Source of the DNA: an uncultured Chloroflexia bacterium
GTDB lineage: Bacteria > Chloroflexota > Limnocylindria > Limnocylindrales > CSP1-4
DNA length: 64,000 nt
Direction of reading: 5' to 3'
NCBI GenBank assembly: GCA_963718085.1
Contig: CAVQYA010000001.1
Span: forward strand, 542,113-606,112
Part shown: positions 39,871 to 49,825 of the stretch, one piece after another
Layout: every line of letters begins with the position of its first letter
How positions within the stretch are numbered: position 1 is the first letter of the stretch
Notes under the pieces: model-generated
What the model was told of the DNA's origin: nothing
The model's database searches: none
What the model saw: only the letters and a program-made list of their open reading frames with translations
Program-made: the position numbers and the translations under genes

Positions 39871-40503
39871 TCAGGCCTTGCGATCGCCCCGGCGACCGCC
39901 TCGGCGGCCCCCGTCGCGGAGGCCCGGCTCGGCGACGTCGACGACATCGAGGACGAGCCGGCTCCAGGTTTCCAGCTGGTCGTAGACGGCGCGGACGGCA
40001 GCCGGCTCGGCGAAGTCGCCCTCGAGCTTGTCGGTCTCGCGGATGCGCACGGCGCGCCCGGCCGCGTCGGCGAGGTAGACCACCCCCAGGTGCACCCGCC
40101 CGACCTCGGTCTCGTCGTCGTTGAGAAGCCCCAGGAGGCGGAACTCGGGGACGAAGTCCGCGGCGATCTCCTCGGACCACTCCCGCAGGAGACCGCCGGC
40201 GAGGTCGCGGTCGCCGGGGTTCAGGTGGCCGCCGATCCCGATCGAGCACCGGTCGTGAAGCCGTGCGTCGCCGCCGGCCCGGCTGCGCCGCATCAGGAAG
40301 AAGCGGCTGCGATCGCGGAGGACCAGGTACGGGATCACCTGCTTGAACCGCGGGTCGCTCTCCATCGCGGCACGGGGCTCGAAACGCCCGTCCGCGGCGA
40401 TGACATCCAGGCACGCCGCCGCCCCGGACTCGCGGACGCCGTGCCAGCCGCACGCGTCCATGACCCGCTCGCGCGGAACGACGAGGACCAGCTCGTCGGT
40501 CAC
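39871..40503 (-). CDS. NUDIX-like hydrolase family protein
   Basis: The GTG start overlaps the tyrA stop (GTGA). A degenerate Nudix box is present (GGHLNPGDRDLAGGLLREWSEEIA). The protein is 210 aa. Confidence 0.55.
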   Translation of the reverse strand: MTDELVLVVPRERVMDACGWHGVRESGAAACLDVIAADGRFEPRAAMESDPRFKQVIPYLVLRDRSRFFLMRRSRAGGDARLHDRCSIGIGGHLNPGDRDLAGGLLREWSEEIAADFVPEFRLLGLLNDDETEVGRVHLGVVYLADAAGRAVRIRETDKLEGDFAEPAAVRAVYDQLETWSRLVLDVVDVAEPGLRDGGRRGGRRGDRKA

Positions 40504-41381
40504 CCGCCGCCCTCGAGGCGGGTGCGGGCCGCGGCGAGGCGCTCCCGCAGCATCGTCTCGTCGGGAAGGCCGTCGGCCGTCGGCCGCTCGAGGAGCTCCA
40601 GCCACTCGTCGAGGCGGTCGCGCACGTCGCGGAGACGCGCGGCCAGGGGGCCAGCGTTGGTGCGGGCAATCCCCGCCCCCATCGTCGGGTTGCCGCGCGC
40701 GAGTCGCGTCGCGCTCGCCCACCCGCTCGCCGCCAGCGCCGCTGCGGCCGGCCATCCGGGGGCGGCGGGTCCGCCCGGCCCGCCCGCCATCGCCTCCACC
40801 AGGGCAACCGCCACCAGCAGGGGCGCGTGACTGACGGCTGCGACTGCCTCGTCATGCTCCGCCGCGGACATCCGCACGGTCCAGGCTCCGCAGGCGCTCG
40901 CCAGGGCCTCGACGCGGGCCACGCCATCCTCGTCGGCGACCACCGGGGGGACGACGACCCAGGGCCGCCCGCGGAATAGGTCGGAGGTGGCCGCCGCGAA
41001 GCCGCTCGATTCGCGGCCCGCCATCGGATGGCCGCCGACGAAGCGCAGGCCCAGCTGCGCGGCCCGGGCGGTGAGCACGGCCTTCGTGCTCGCGACGTCG
41101 GTGACCACGGCGTCGTCGGCCAAGGCGGCCCGCTCGGGCCCGGCCAGGCGCGCCATGAGGTCGAGGCACGCACCGGGCGGGGCTCCGAGGACCACCAGAT
41201 CAGCGCCGGCGAGGGCGCCGGCCAGTGTCGCCGGCGCCGCGTCGATCACGCCGGCCGCCAGGGCGTCGATCGGCCCGGAACCCGAGGGGCTCCACGCGGC
41301 CGCGGTCCAGCCACCGGCCTCGCGCACCGCGCGGGCCACGGAGCCGCCGATCAGGCCGAGGCCGAGGAACGTCAGGTGCAC
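40500..41381 (-). CDS. tyrA: Prephenate (arogenate) dehydrogenase
   Basis: 293 aa with an N-terminal Rossmann motif (FLGLGLIGGS) and a DVASTK...GGHPMAG block typical of TyrA. Confidence 0.85.
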   Translation of the reverse strand: MHLTFLGLGLIGGSVARAVREAGGWTAAAWSPSGSGPIDALAAGVIDAAPATLAGALAGADLVVLGAPPGACLDLMARLAGPERAALADDAVVTDVASTKAVLTARAAQLGLRFVGGHPMAGRESSGFAAATSDLFRGRPWVVVPPVVADEDGVARVEALASACGAWTVRMSAAEHDEAVAAVSHAPLLVAVALVEAMAGGPGGPAAPGWPAAAALAASGWASATRLARGNPTMGAGIARTNAGPLAARLRDVRDRLDEWLELLERPTADGLPDETMLRERLAAARTRLEGGG

Positions 41382-41524
41382 GGCAGCGGAAGTCTACCGC
41401 AGGCGGCTCACGAGCCGACCCGCCCGAAGCCGACCCGCTGCGGGCACCCGGCGTCTCGAAGCCGACCTCGGTTCGAGGTCCGGCGCGGCCCGGCCGGCCT
41501 GAACGGGGCCGAGAGAGAGGAGGC

Positions 41525-41770
41525 CTACCGGCCGTTGCGGCGCCGGCCGCCTCGCCTCTCGCCCGTGCGCCGCTCTCCCGTCTCGAACGGCGGCCCCGGA
41601 TCCCCCGGGGCGTTCTGGCGGCGCAGATGCTCGCGACGGTCGAAGGCGCGCCGCTCGAGGTTCATCTGCGCGCCGCAACGCGGACAGCGCCGCTCGTCCA
41701 CGAAGAGCGATTCCAGCGGAGAGGTCGCGTAGATCTGGCGACCGCACTTCCAGCAGGCGAGACGCGGCAT
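41525..41770 (-). CDS. Small zinc-ribbon protein with an Arg/Gly-rich tail
   Basis: 81 aa with CWKCG...CPRCG (a C4 ribbon), followed by ERRTGERRGGRRRNGR. Confidence 0.5.
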   Translation of the reverse strand: MPRLACWKCGRQIYATSPLESLFVDERRCPRCGAQMNLERRAFDRREHLRRQNAPGDPGPPFETGERRTGERRGGRRRNGR

Positions 41771-41811
41771 GGTCCCAATCCTACGCTGCCGTGGTCACGG
41801 CAGCGCGGTGG

Positions 41812-43176
41812 TCAGGGGACGGAAGGGAGGGCCGTGAGGGCCTGCGCGACCATCTCGGCAGGGTACTCGTAATCGACGAGCGCCCCTGCCAGGTATCGCT
41901 CGTAGGCCGACAGGTCGAAGTGTCCGTGGCCGCTCAGGTTGAACAGGATCACCCGGGCGACCCCGTCCCGCTTCGCCAGCAGGGCCTCGTCGATCGCGGC
42001 CCGGATCGCGTGGTTCGCCTCGGGTGCGGGGAGGATCCCCTCGGTCCGGGCGAACTGGACGCCGGCGGCGAAGCTCGGGTTCTGGTGCACCGCGCGCGCC
42101 TCGATGTACCCCTGCTCGCGCAGCAGGCTCACGAGGGGCGCCATGCCGTGGTAGCGGAGGCCGCCGGCGTGGATCGGCTCCGGGATGAAGTCGTGGCCGA
42201 GGGTGTGCATCTTGACCATCGGGGTCAGCTTCGCGGTGTCGCCGAAGTCGTACGCGTAGACCCCGCGCGTCAGCGAAGGGGAAGCCTCGGGCTCGACCGC
42301 GATGACCCGGTAGTCGGCCTCGCCGCGCAGCTTCTGGCCGAGGAACGGGAAGACCAGGCCCGCGAAGTTCGACCCGCCGCCGGTGCACCCGATCAGGATG
42401 TCCGGCTTCTCACCGGCCATCTCCATCTGGAGGATCGCCTCCTGTCCGATCACGGTCTGGTGGAGCAGGACGTGGTTGAGCACCGATCCAAGGGCGTACT
42501 TCGTGTCGTCGCGGGACGCGGCGTCCTCCACCGCCTCGCTGATCGCGAGCCCGAGGGAGCCGGGGTTGTCGGGCGTCTCCGCCAGGACGGCCCGACCGTA
42601 TGCCGTCGTCGTGGACGGGCTCGCGACGACCTCCGCGCCGTACGTCTCCATGAGCATCCGGCGGTAGGGCTTCTGGTCGTAGCTCGCCCGCACCATGTAG
42701 ACCTTGACCTCGAGCCCGAAGAGCGCCCCGGCGATCGCGAGGCTGGTGCCCCACTGCCCGGCGCCGGTCTCGGTCGCGAGGCGCTTCACGCCCTCCTGCT
42801 TGTTGTAGAACGCCTGCGCGATCGCCGTGTTCGGCTTGTGGCTGCCGCCGGGACTGACGCCCTCGTACTTGTAGTAGATGTGGGCCGGCGTATCGAGCGC
42901 CTTCTCCAGCCGATGGGCGCGGTAGACCGGGCTGGGTCGATAGAGGCGGTAGGCGTCGCGAACCGGATCGGGGATCTCGATCTCCCGCTCCGCGCTGACC
43001 TCCTGGGCGATGAGCGCCATGGGGAAGAGCGGGGCGAGGTCCGCGGGGCCGATCGGCTGGGCCGTCCCCGGGTGGAGGACCGGGGCCGGCGGCACCCTGA
43101 GGTCCGCGACGACGTTGTACCAGGACCGCGGGATGCGGTCCTCGTCGAGCACGAACTTGGTGCGATCGGTCGGCAC
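41812..43176 (-). CDS. trpB: TrpB2-type tryptophan synthase beta-like PLP enzyme
   Basis: 454 aa, long form. It has the PLP lysine context ([14 protein letters not shown]) and [11 protein letters not shown]. There is no trpA in the window. Confidence 0.88.
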   Translation of the reverse strand: MPTDRTKFVLDEDRIPRSWYNVVADLRVPPAPVLHPGTAQPIGPADLAPLFPMALIAQEVSAEREIEIPDPVRDAYRLYRPSPVYRAHRLEKALDTPAHIYYKYEGVSPGGSHKPNTAIAQAFYNKQEGVKRLATETGAGQWGTSLAIAGALFGLEVKVYMVRASYDQKPYRRMLMETYGAEVVASPSTTTAYGRAVLAETPDNPGSLGLAISEAVEDAASRDDTKYALGSVLNHVLLHQTVIGQEAILQMEMAGEKPDILIGCTGGGSNFAGLVFPFLGQKLRGEADYRVIAVEPEASPSLTRGVYAYDFGDTAKLTPMVKMHTLGHDFIPEPIHAGGLRYHGMAPLVSLLREQGYIEARAVHQNPSFAAGVQFARTEGILPAPEANHAIRAAIDEALLAKRDGVARVILFNLSGHGHFDLSAYERYLAGALVDYEYPAEMVAQALTALPSVP

Positions 43177-43242
43177 GGTGGGCCTCCTTGGGGCGCGGGG
43201 ATCGAGGATGGGCGTGCGACGGGACGGGACGGGGTGCGGAGG

Positions 43243-43836
43243 CTACCGCAGGATGGCCCGTCCCGGCAAGGCGTCCTCGCCGAGGAAGGCCGTCGCGAGG
43301 GGACGGTAGCGCACCGGACCGTGCCCGAGGCCACTCTGGTAGACGACGAGCCGATCGACCGTCCAGGCGGCGTCGAGCGCGGCCGCCGCGTCCGCCAGGG
43401 CGGCGACGGCGCGTCCGGCGCCTGGGACGCCGTCAGCGCGACCGAGGGTCAGGTGGGCCCGGAAGGGTCGCTCGTCACGTTCCCAGCCGCCCCCGGCCAG
43501 GCAGTCCGAGAGCGCCCCCGCCAGGGCGGCCAGCTCGGGAACTCCCTCGACGATCCCCAGCCAGACGACCCGGGGGCGATCACGGGTGGGAAAGGCGCCG
43601 GCGCCGGCGAGCCTGACCGTGAACGGGGCTGTCGCCCCGGCGGCCGCCTCAGTCGCCGTCACGACGTCGGCGACGCGATCCGGGGCCGTCGCCCCGAGGA
43701 ACCGGACGGTCAGGTGCAGGTTCTCGGTGACGGCCCAGCGGATGCGGCCAGCTTCGGGAATCCGGGGATCGCCGACGACCTGGTCGACGAGCGCCCGCAC
43801 CGCCGCCCGCGCGGCTTCCGCCAGCGGCACCGCCAC
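43243..43836 (-). CDS. thpR: RNA 2-prime,3-prime-cyclic phosphodiesterase (2H phosphoesterase ThpR/LigT)
   Basis: Two HxT motifs are present (HLTVRF, HLTLGR). The only in-frame start is GTG 43836, which trims the usual first beta strand (upstream in-frame residues are LRVF). Confidence 0.82.
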   Translation of the reverse strand: MAVPLAEAARAAVRALVDQVVGDPRIPEAGRIRWAVTENLHLTVRFLGATAPDRVADVVTATEAAAGATAPFTVRLAGAGAFPTRDRPRVVWLGIVEGVPELAALAGALSDCLAGGGWERDERPFRAHLTLGRADGVPGAGRAVAALADAAAALDAAWTVDRLVVYQSGLGHGPVRYRPLATAFLGEDALPGRAILR

Positions 43837-43894
43837 GAAGACGCGGAGGTCGTCGGGGCCGCCCTCGGGGTACCAGCGTCGCCAATCCCGCCGG

Positions 43895-44419
43895 TCAGCG
43901 CCCGTCGGTCCGCTCCCGGTGCCACGCGGCGCGGTCCGCGCTCAGCACCTCGCGCGCGCGATCGAGGTCGCGCCAGCCCACGACGTCGGTCGCCTTGTTC
44001 TCGAGCATCTTGTACGTCTCGAAGAAGTGCTCGATCTCCACCAGGCGATGCGGCCGAACCTGCTCCAGGCGCTCGATGTGGGCCTGGTGAGGATCACCGA
44101 TCGCCACGCAGAGGACCTTGAAGTCGAAGCCCATCTCGTCGCGCATCTCCAGCCCGCCGATGGGGCGGGCCCAGACGTGGCAGCCGGTGAAGGTCGGCTC
44201 GTCGACGATGAGGAGGGCGTCCGTGTGATCGCCGTCGTCGGCGCGCGTCCCCTCGATGAAGCCGTAGTCGAAGTTGTAGAAGACGGCCGACGACAGGATC
44301 CGGTCGAGCCGGAAGACGCCGGCTTCCTCGTCGAACTCGTACTTGTTGCGGCTCCCGCGCGGGATCTCGACGACGATCTCGACGATCCCCGGAAACGCGG
44401 CGTCGTGCTTGCCCGTCAT
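43895..44419 (-). CDS. ppa: Inorganic pyrophosphatase (family I)
   Basis: Read from MTGKHDAAFPGIVEIVVEIPRGSRNKYE (ATG 44419), 174 aa, with YNFDYGFIEGT and DGDHTDAL. Confidence 0.93.
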   Translation of the reverse strand: MTGKHDAAFPGIVEIVVEIPRGSRNKYEFDEEAGVFRLDRILSSAVFYNFDYGFIEGTRADDGDHTDALLIVDEPTFTGCHVWARPIGGLEMRDEMGFDFKVLCVAIGDPHQAHIERLEQVRPHRLVEIEHFFETYKMLENKATDVVGWRDLDRAREVLSADRAAWHRERTDGR

Positions 44420-44450
44420 GCGCGCACGATACGGCACGCGCACCGGACAC

Positions 44451-44826
44451 GACAACGCACGCGGGCGCCGCATTCATCCATCCGCGCCGCTCAGGCGCGC
44501 GCCGGCGAAGGCGGAGCGGAGCACCGGAGCGAGCGCACCCCGAGGTGCGTGAGCGAGGAGCGCACGCGACAACGCACGCGGGCGCCGCATTCATCCATCC
44601 GCGCCGCTCAGGCGCGCGCCGGCGAAGGCGGAGCGGAGCACCGCAGCGAGCGCACCCCGAGGTGCGTGAGCGAGGAGCGCACGCGACAACGCACGCGGGC
44701 GCCGCATTCATCCATCCGCGCCGCTCAGGCGCGCGTCCGCGAAGGCGGAGCGGAGCACCGCAGCGAGCGCACCCCGAGGTGCGTGAGCGAGGAGCGGACG
44801 CGACAACGCCCGCGGGCGCCGCATCA
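44451..44826. repeat. 117-bp tandem repeat, 3 full copies plus about 25 bp of a fourth (minisatellite, intergenic)
   Basis: Units start at 44451, 44568, 44685 and 44802 (GACAACGC...). The copies are near identical. Each unit contains the hairpin GCGCACC-CCGA-GGTGCGT (for example 44533-44550). The array lies between the stop of the 44835 gene and the ppa start. Confidence 0.92.
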
Positions 44827-44834
44827 GCGGCGCG

Positions 44835-45911
44835 TCAGTCGTTGTAGAGGCGTTCCTCGATGAGCTTCTCCTGCACCGTCCGTCCGTTCGGATCGAAGCA
44901 GGAGAACTCGAAGTGCTTCTCGTACTCGAGGTCGACGTTGTCCTGGCCGCCCCGGTTCTTCTCGACCGAGAGGATCACCCAGTCGCGGAAGCGCTGCGCC
45001 TGGTAGGGGTTGAACTCGATGTTCACCTTGGCGACGATGTGGTACTTCTCGTTGAGGATGGCGATGATGTCGGCCTCGTAGTTGATCGCCGACGAGCCCC
45101 GCAGGTGGTGGTTGCGGAGCCGGGAGGCCTTGAGCCCCTCCTTGTCCGCCGCCACGATCGCGATCATGCCGACCTGCTCGGCGAGCGCGATGTCCTTGAG
45201 GCCGTTGACGACGATCGTCACCTTCTCGCTCTCGGTGGCCGGCTCCGGGTAGACCGGGACCTTCTGGAGGTAGTCGACGATCACGAGGAGCTGGCGGCCG
45301 CCGGAGAGGTCCTTGTGCCGCTGGACCAGGGTCCGGATGTTCTCCACCGTGCTCGCCGTCTGCGTGCCGCGCATCAGGTAGAGGTTGTCGCCGTAGCGCC
45401 CGATCCGGTCGAGACTCGGCCGGAGGCGGGGGTTCGAGGCGAGCTGCGGGCCAGCTCCGTCCTGTCCCTCGACCACCCACGAGCCCAGGATCTCGCGCCT
45501 GACGTCCTGGATCTTGATCGCCCCGGTCTTGTGCGGCAGGTGGGCTAGGGCCGACTCCATCGCGATGAGGCGATTGAGGAGGTACTGCTCCTCGTGCTCG
45601 AAGCAGATGTAGAGGACGCTCGCCTGGCCGCCGGAGGCGACGTTGCGCGCCATCTGCAGGGCCATCGTGGTCTTGCCCGTCCCCTGGGCGCCGCCGATCA
45701 GGAAGAGCTCGCCTGCGCGGAGGCCCATGCCGATCGTCTTGTCGAGCGGTGTGAAGCCCAGCGGCATGGGCTGGTACTCGGACAGGTCGCCGGACACCAT
45801 CCGGTCGTTGAGGTCCATGAGAATGTCGAGGGCGGACAGGGGCACCAGGCTACCGGTGTCGGCGTCGAGGCGCCACTTCGGCCTGGGCCCGCGAGCAGCG
45901 GGCTGCTCCAT
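44835..45911 (-). CDS. RecA-superfamily ATPase with only a DnaB C-terminal-like (DnaB_C/KaiC-like) domain
   Basis: Read from MEQPAARGP (ATG 45911), 358 aa. It has Walker A (GGAQGTGKTT), Walker B (LLVIVDYLQ), and a DnaB_C-like FTPLDKTIGMGLRAGELFLIGG block. There is no DnaB N-terminal domain. Confidence 0.8.
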   Translation of the reverse strand: MEQPAARGPRPKWRLDADTGSLVPLSALDILMDLNDRMVSGDLSEYQPMPLGFTPLDKTIGMGLRAGELFLIGGAQGTGKTTMALQMARNVASGGQASVLYICFEHEEQYLLNRLIAMESALAHLPHKTGAIKIQDVRREILGSWVVEGQDGAGPQLASNPRLRPSLDRIGRYGDNLYLMRGTQTASTVENIRTLVQRHKDLSGGRQLLVIVDYLQKVPVYPEPATESEKVTIVVNGLKDIALAEQVGMIAIVAADKEGLKASRLRNHHLRGSSAINYEADIIAILNEKYHIVAKVNIEFNPYQAQRFRDWVILSVEKNRGGQDNVDLEYEKHFEFSCFDPNGRTVQEKLIEERLYND

Positions 45912-46041
45912 CTCGGTGCTCACGCGTGCACTCGCTCCCCTGCGTGGCGGACGGCGGGGCAAGCCCCCATGCGAGCATCCTAGCACCAGCCCCCGGCGCG
46001 GGCACCCGGTCGGAGTGCCATCCGGGCCCTGTCGGCCGCGA

Positions 46042-47427
46042 TCAGGCCGGCTCGGCCGCGAACTCGTCGAAGAAGCGGACCAGTGCCCGGATCCCGGTCT
46101 CGAAGTTGGCGAGGTCCATCCACTCGTTGGGGGCGTGGAAGTTGCCGTTGGGCGGCATGAAGCCCATGACCGTCACGGGCAGGCCGACGATGGCCTCGAA
46201 GCTGGCCGCCACCGGCACCGAGCCTCCCTCGCGGACGTAGAGCGGCGCCCGGCCGAACGTCGCCTCGAGGGCGCGCGCGTAGGCGCGCGTCGCCGGGTGG
46301 TCGGAGCGGGTGAGAGTCGGCCGCCCCCCGCCGAGCGAGACGACCTCGACGCGCACGCCGGGCGGGGCGATCGCCAGCACGTGATCCCGCAGGAGGGCGA
46401 AGATCCGGTCGGGGTCCTGGTCGGCGACCAGCCGGAAGGTGATCTTGGCGGTCGCCCGACCGGGGATGATCGTCTTGCTGCCCTCGCCCTGGAAGCCACC
46501 CCAGATCCCGTTCACGTCGAACGTCGGCCGGGCCCCACGTCGCTCCAGGGTCGTCCAGCCCGTCTCGCCGCCGAGGGCCGGGACGTCGAGGCCGACGCGA
46601 TACGCCTCCTCGTCGAACGGCAGCGCCGCGATGGCTGCCCGGTCGAACTCCGAGAGGCCGGCGACGTCGTCGTAGAAGCCGGGGATGCGGATCCGGCCGT
46701 CGGGGCCCTTGAGCGCGGCGATGATCGTCGCCAGCGCATTGATCGGGTTCTCGATGGTCCCCCCGTGGACGCCGGAGTGGACGTCCTGGAACGGCCCGCG
46801 GACGCGGATCTCAGCGGCGCAGATGCCCCGCAGCCCGACCGTGATCGCGGGCAGGTTGCCCTCGAAGAAGCCGGAGTCGGCGACGAGCGCCACGTCGGCG
46901 GCCAGGCGGGCGGCATTGGCCCCGAGCCAGGCGTCGAGGTGGACCGAGCTGGATTCCTCCTCGCCCTCGAAGACGAGCTTCAGGTTCACCGGAAGCGCCC
47001 CGCGGGTCGCGAGGAGCGCCTCGGCGGCGGCGAGAGCGATCGATATGTTCGACTTGTCGTCGGAGGCACCCCGGGCCAGGATCCGGCCATCCCGGACGAT
47101 CGGCTCGAAGGGGGTCGCCTCCCACTCCTCGAGGGGATCCACCGGCTGCACGTCGTAGTGGCCGTACAGGAGAACCGTCGGCGCCCCAGCGGCCCCGAGC
47201 CACTCGGCGTAGACCATCGGGTGCCCGCCGGTCTCGGCGACCTCGACGTGCTGCATCCCGGCGGCTGCGAGATCGCCGGCGAGCAGCTCGGCCGCCCGCC
47301 GGCAGTCGGCCGCGTGTTCGGGGATGCCGCTGATGCTGGGGATCCGCAGGAAGTCCACGAAGCGGGCCAGCCGTCGCTCCGCGGTCGTGGCGAGGTAAGT
47401 CTCGAGGTCGACCGGGGAGTTCGTCAC
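46042..47427 (-). CDS. M20-family dipeptidase/deacylase
   Basis: The GTG start at 47427 is preceded by AGGAGA with a 7-nt spacer. Metal ligand blocks are present (LLYGHYDVQP, GASDDK, FEGEEE). The protein is 461 aa. Confidence 0.88.
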   Translation of the reverse strand: MTNSPVDLETYLATTAERRLARFVDFLRIPSISGIPEHAADCRRAAELLAGDLAAAGMQHVEVAETGGHPMVYAEWLGAAGAPTVLLYGHYDVQPVDPLEEWEATPFEPIVRDGRILARGASDDKSNISIALAAAEALLATRGALPVNLKLVFEGEEESSSVHLDAWLGANAARLAADVALVADSGFFEGNLPAITVGLRGICAAEIRVRGPFQDVHSGVHGGTIENPINALATIIAALKGPDGRIRIPGFYDDVAGLSEFDRAAIAALPFDEEAYRVGLDVPALGGETGWTTLERRGARPTFDVNGIWGGFQGEGSKTIIPGRATAKITFRLVADQDPDRIFALLRDHVLAIAPPGVRVEVVSLGGGRPTLTRSDHPATRAYARALEATFGRAPLYVREGGSVPVAASFEAIVGLPVTVMGFMPPNGNFHAPNEWMDLANFETGIRALVRFFDEFAAEPA

Positions 47428-47540
47428 GTGATGCTCTCCTGTGCAGGGTCCGTCGCGGTGGGAGTCCGCCCGGGTCGTCGTTGCCGAGCGTGGCGGGGCC
47501 GGGCCGTGGCCTCGCCCGGTCGCCCGCCGAGTGCCGCTGC

Positions 47541-49445
47541 TCAGGCGGGCTGCGCGGCTGGCTCGGCGGGTGCCTCGTCGGGTGCCTCGGCCAGCCTGGG
47601 GACGACGCCGTGGAGCGGCTCCTTGGGAGGGATGTCGGCGAAGAGCGCCTCGAACGCCTCGGAATCGAGCGTCTCCTTCTCGACGAGGGTCGCGGCGAGC
47701 AGGTCGAGCCTGGCCCGATGCTGCGTCAGAACCGCCGACGCGCGCTTGTAGGCGGTCTCGATGAGGCTGCGGACCTCCTCGTCGATCTGCTTGGCGACGT
47801 CGTCCGAGTAGTTGCGCTGCTCCCCGAAGTCGCGGCCCAGGAAGACGAGCTCCTCGCGCTTGCCGAAGGCCCGGGGGCCAAGGCGGTCGCTCATGCCGAA
47901 CTCGGTGACCATGCGGCGGGCGAGCGCCGTCGCCTTCTCGATGTCGTTCGAGGCGCCGGTCGTGGTGTCGCCGAAGACGAGCCGCTCCGCGGCATTGCCC
48001 CCGAGCATTCCGGCGATCTTGTCCTCGAACTCCGTCTTGCTCTGAAGGTAGCGGTCCTCCTGGGGGAGCGCCATCGTGTAGCCGAGGGCCATGCCGCGGC
48101 TGATGATGGTCACCTTGCTGACCGGGTCGCACTTGGGGAGGATCCGCTGCACGACGGCGTGGCCGCCCTCGTGGTAGGCGATGATCAGCTTCTCGGCGTC
48201 GGAGATGACCCGGCTCTTGCGCTCCGGGCCGGCCACGATCCGTTCGAGAGCTTCCTGGAACTCGGACATCCCGATGAGCTTCTTGTTGCGGCGCGCGGCA
48301 AGGATCGCCGCCTCGTTGACGAGGTTGGCGAGGTCGGCACCGGAGAAGCCGGGCGACTGCTTCGCGACGTCCTCGATGGCGATCTTCTTGTCGAGCGGCT
48401 TGCCCTTGGTGTGGACCCGCAGGATCTCGACCCGACCCTTCATGTCGGGACGATCCAGGATCACCTGGCGGTCGAAGCGGCCCGGCCGCAGCAGGGCGGG
48501 ATCCAGGACGTCGGGGCGGTTGGTGGCCGCGACCACGATCACGTTCGTGTTCGTGTCGAAGCCGTCCATCTCCACGAGGATCTGGTTGAGGGTCTGCTCA
48601 CGCTCGTCGTGGCTCCCGCCGAGGCCTGCGCCGCGCTGGCGCCCGACCGCGTCGATCTCGTCCACGAAGACGATGCAAGGGGCGTTGCGCTTCGCCTGGT
48701 CGAAGAGGTCGCGGACGCGGCTGGCGCCGACGCCCACGAACATCTCCACGAACTCGGACCCCGAGATGCTGAAGAAGGGAACGCCGGCCTCGCCGGCGAC
48801 GGCCCTGGCCATGAGCGTCTTGCCCGTTCCCGGGGGGCCCACGAGGAGGACGCCACGGGGGATCCGCGCCCCTAGCGAGCTGAACTTCTCCGGGTACTTG
48901 AGGAACTCCACGACCTCCTGGAGCTCCGTCTTCGCTTCGTCGACCCCCGCAACGTCGGCGAACGTCACGACGGTCTTGTTGCCCAGGAACATCCGGGCCC
49001 GGCTCTTGCCGAAGCTCATGGCCTGGTTGTTCGTGCCCTGGGCCTGGCGCATCATGAAGAAGAGGAAGCCGCCGATCAGGAGGACCGGCAGCACGGCGCC
49101 GACGAGCAGGCTGATCCACTGCCCGGACTGGGACGCCTCCTTGCCCGCGAACGTGATCGAGGACGACGCCGGCTTGACCTTCTGAACGTCGGCATAGACG
49201 TCGGTGAACCCGATGCCGGGGACGATGACCACGTACGTGGTGTCTGCGGTCTTGCCGGTCACGGTGAGCCGCAGGTCCTGCTGCTCGACCTTCGTGACCT
49301 CGCCGTTGGCGACGTTGGTCAGGAACTGGGAGTACGCCACCGTCTGGTCGCTCGGCGACGAGAGAAGGAACGTGTAGAGCAGCGCCACCGTGCCCACCAC
49401 GAGGACGAGCATCACGATGCCGTTGCGCAGGAACTTGCCGTTCAA
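47541..49445 (-). CDS. ftsH: ATP-dependent zinc metalloprotease FtsH
   Basis: 634 aa with two TM segments, Walker A ([13 protein letters not shown]), an SRH region, and the zinc motif HEGGHA. The TTG start has a GGAGG sequence 5 nt upstream. Confidence 0.95.
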   Translation of the reverse strand: MNGKFLRNGIVMLVLVVGTVALLYTFLLSSPSDQTVAYSQFLTNVANGEVTKVEQQDLRLTVTGKTADTTYVVIVPGIGFTDVYADVQKVKPASSSITFAGKEASQSGQWISLLVGAVLPVLLIGGFLFFMMRQAQGTNNQAMSFGKSRARMFLGNKTVVTFADVAGVDEAKTELQEVVEFLKYPEKFSSLGARIPRGVLLVGPPGTGKTLMARAVAGEAGVPFFSISGSEFVEMFVGVGASRVRDLFDQAKRNAPCIVFVDEIDAVGRQRGAGLGGSHDEREQTLNQILVEMDGFDTNTNVIVVAATNRPDVLDPALLRPGRFDRQVILDRPDMKGRVEILRVHTKGKPLDKKIAIEDVAKQSPGFSGADLANLVNEAAILAARRNKKLIGMSEFQEALERIVAGPERKSRVISDAEKLIIAYHEGGHAVVQRILPKCDPVSKVTIISRGMALGYTMALPQEDRYLQSKTEFEDKIAGMLGGNAAERLVFGDTTTGASNDIEKATALARRMVTEFGMSDRLGPRAFGKREELVFLGRDFGEQRNYSDDVAKQIDEEVRSLIETAYKRASAVLTQHRARLDLLAATLVEKETLDSEAFEALFADIPPKEPLHGVVPRLAEAPDEAPAEPAAQPA

Positions 49446-49496
49446 CCGTGCCTCCGGGTCAGCGAAGCCGGCGCCCGGGGGCCGGCCTTCGGGACG

Positions 49497-49502
49497 AGTA
49501 TA
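49497..49502 (-). promoter_or_regulatory. Candidate -10 hexamer (TATACT on the minus strand) upstream of ftsH
   Basis: This is the only AT-rich hexamer in the GC-rich leader, about 50 nt upstream of the ftsH start. I saw no matching -35 element. Confidence 0.2.
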
Positions 49503-49825
49503 GAGCGGAGCGCCCGACTCCCCTGCCGGGCGTCCCGGCGGGACGGGAGCCGTCGATGACCCGCGGGCGTGTCACCACCCCAATTCGCGGGGGTGCCCGA
49601 GGCGGATGCCCGGGCGGGACGCTACGATGAATCCGTGCCGCCCGCCCTCCCCGGAACGCCGCCCGCAGCCCGACGATGCTAGGGCTCCGCGGTCGCGTCC
49701 GGTCATCGCCGTTCGCCCCGCTCCTGCGGCCCGTCGTCCGGGCGGCCCGCGGCGCGCGGCGCCGCCTCGCCCGCGGCCTCGTCGGGGCGGGAACCCGGCT
49801 CGACGCGCGCGGCCCGGCGCCCGCC

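Noticed and set aside
44451-44826. The 117-bp repeats as a CRISPR array or as a protein-coding 39-aa repeat.
   Set aside because: The units are contiguous with no unique spacers and are far longer than CRISPR repeats. The open frames have atypically low third-position GC and Arg/Cys/Ala-rich products. The plus-strand ORF overlaps ppa antisense.
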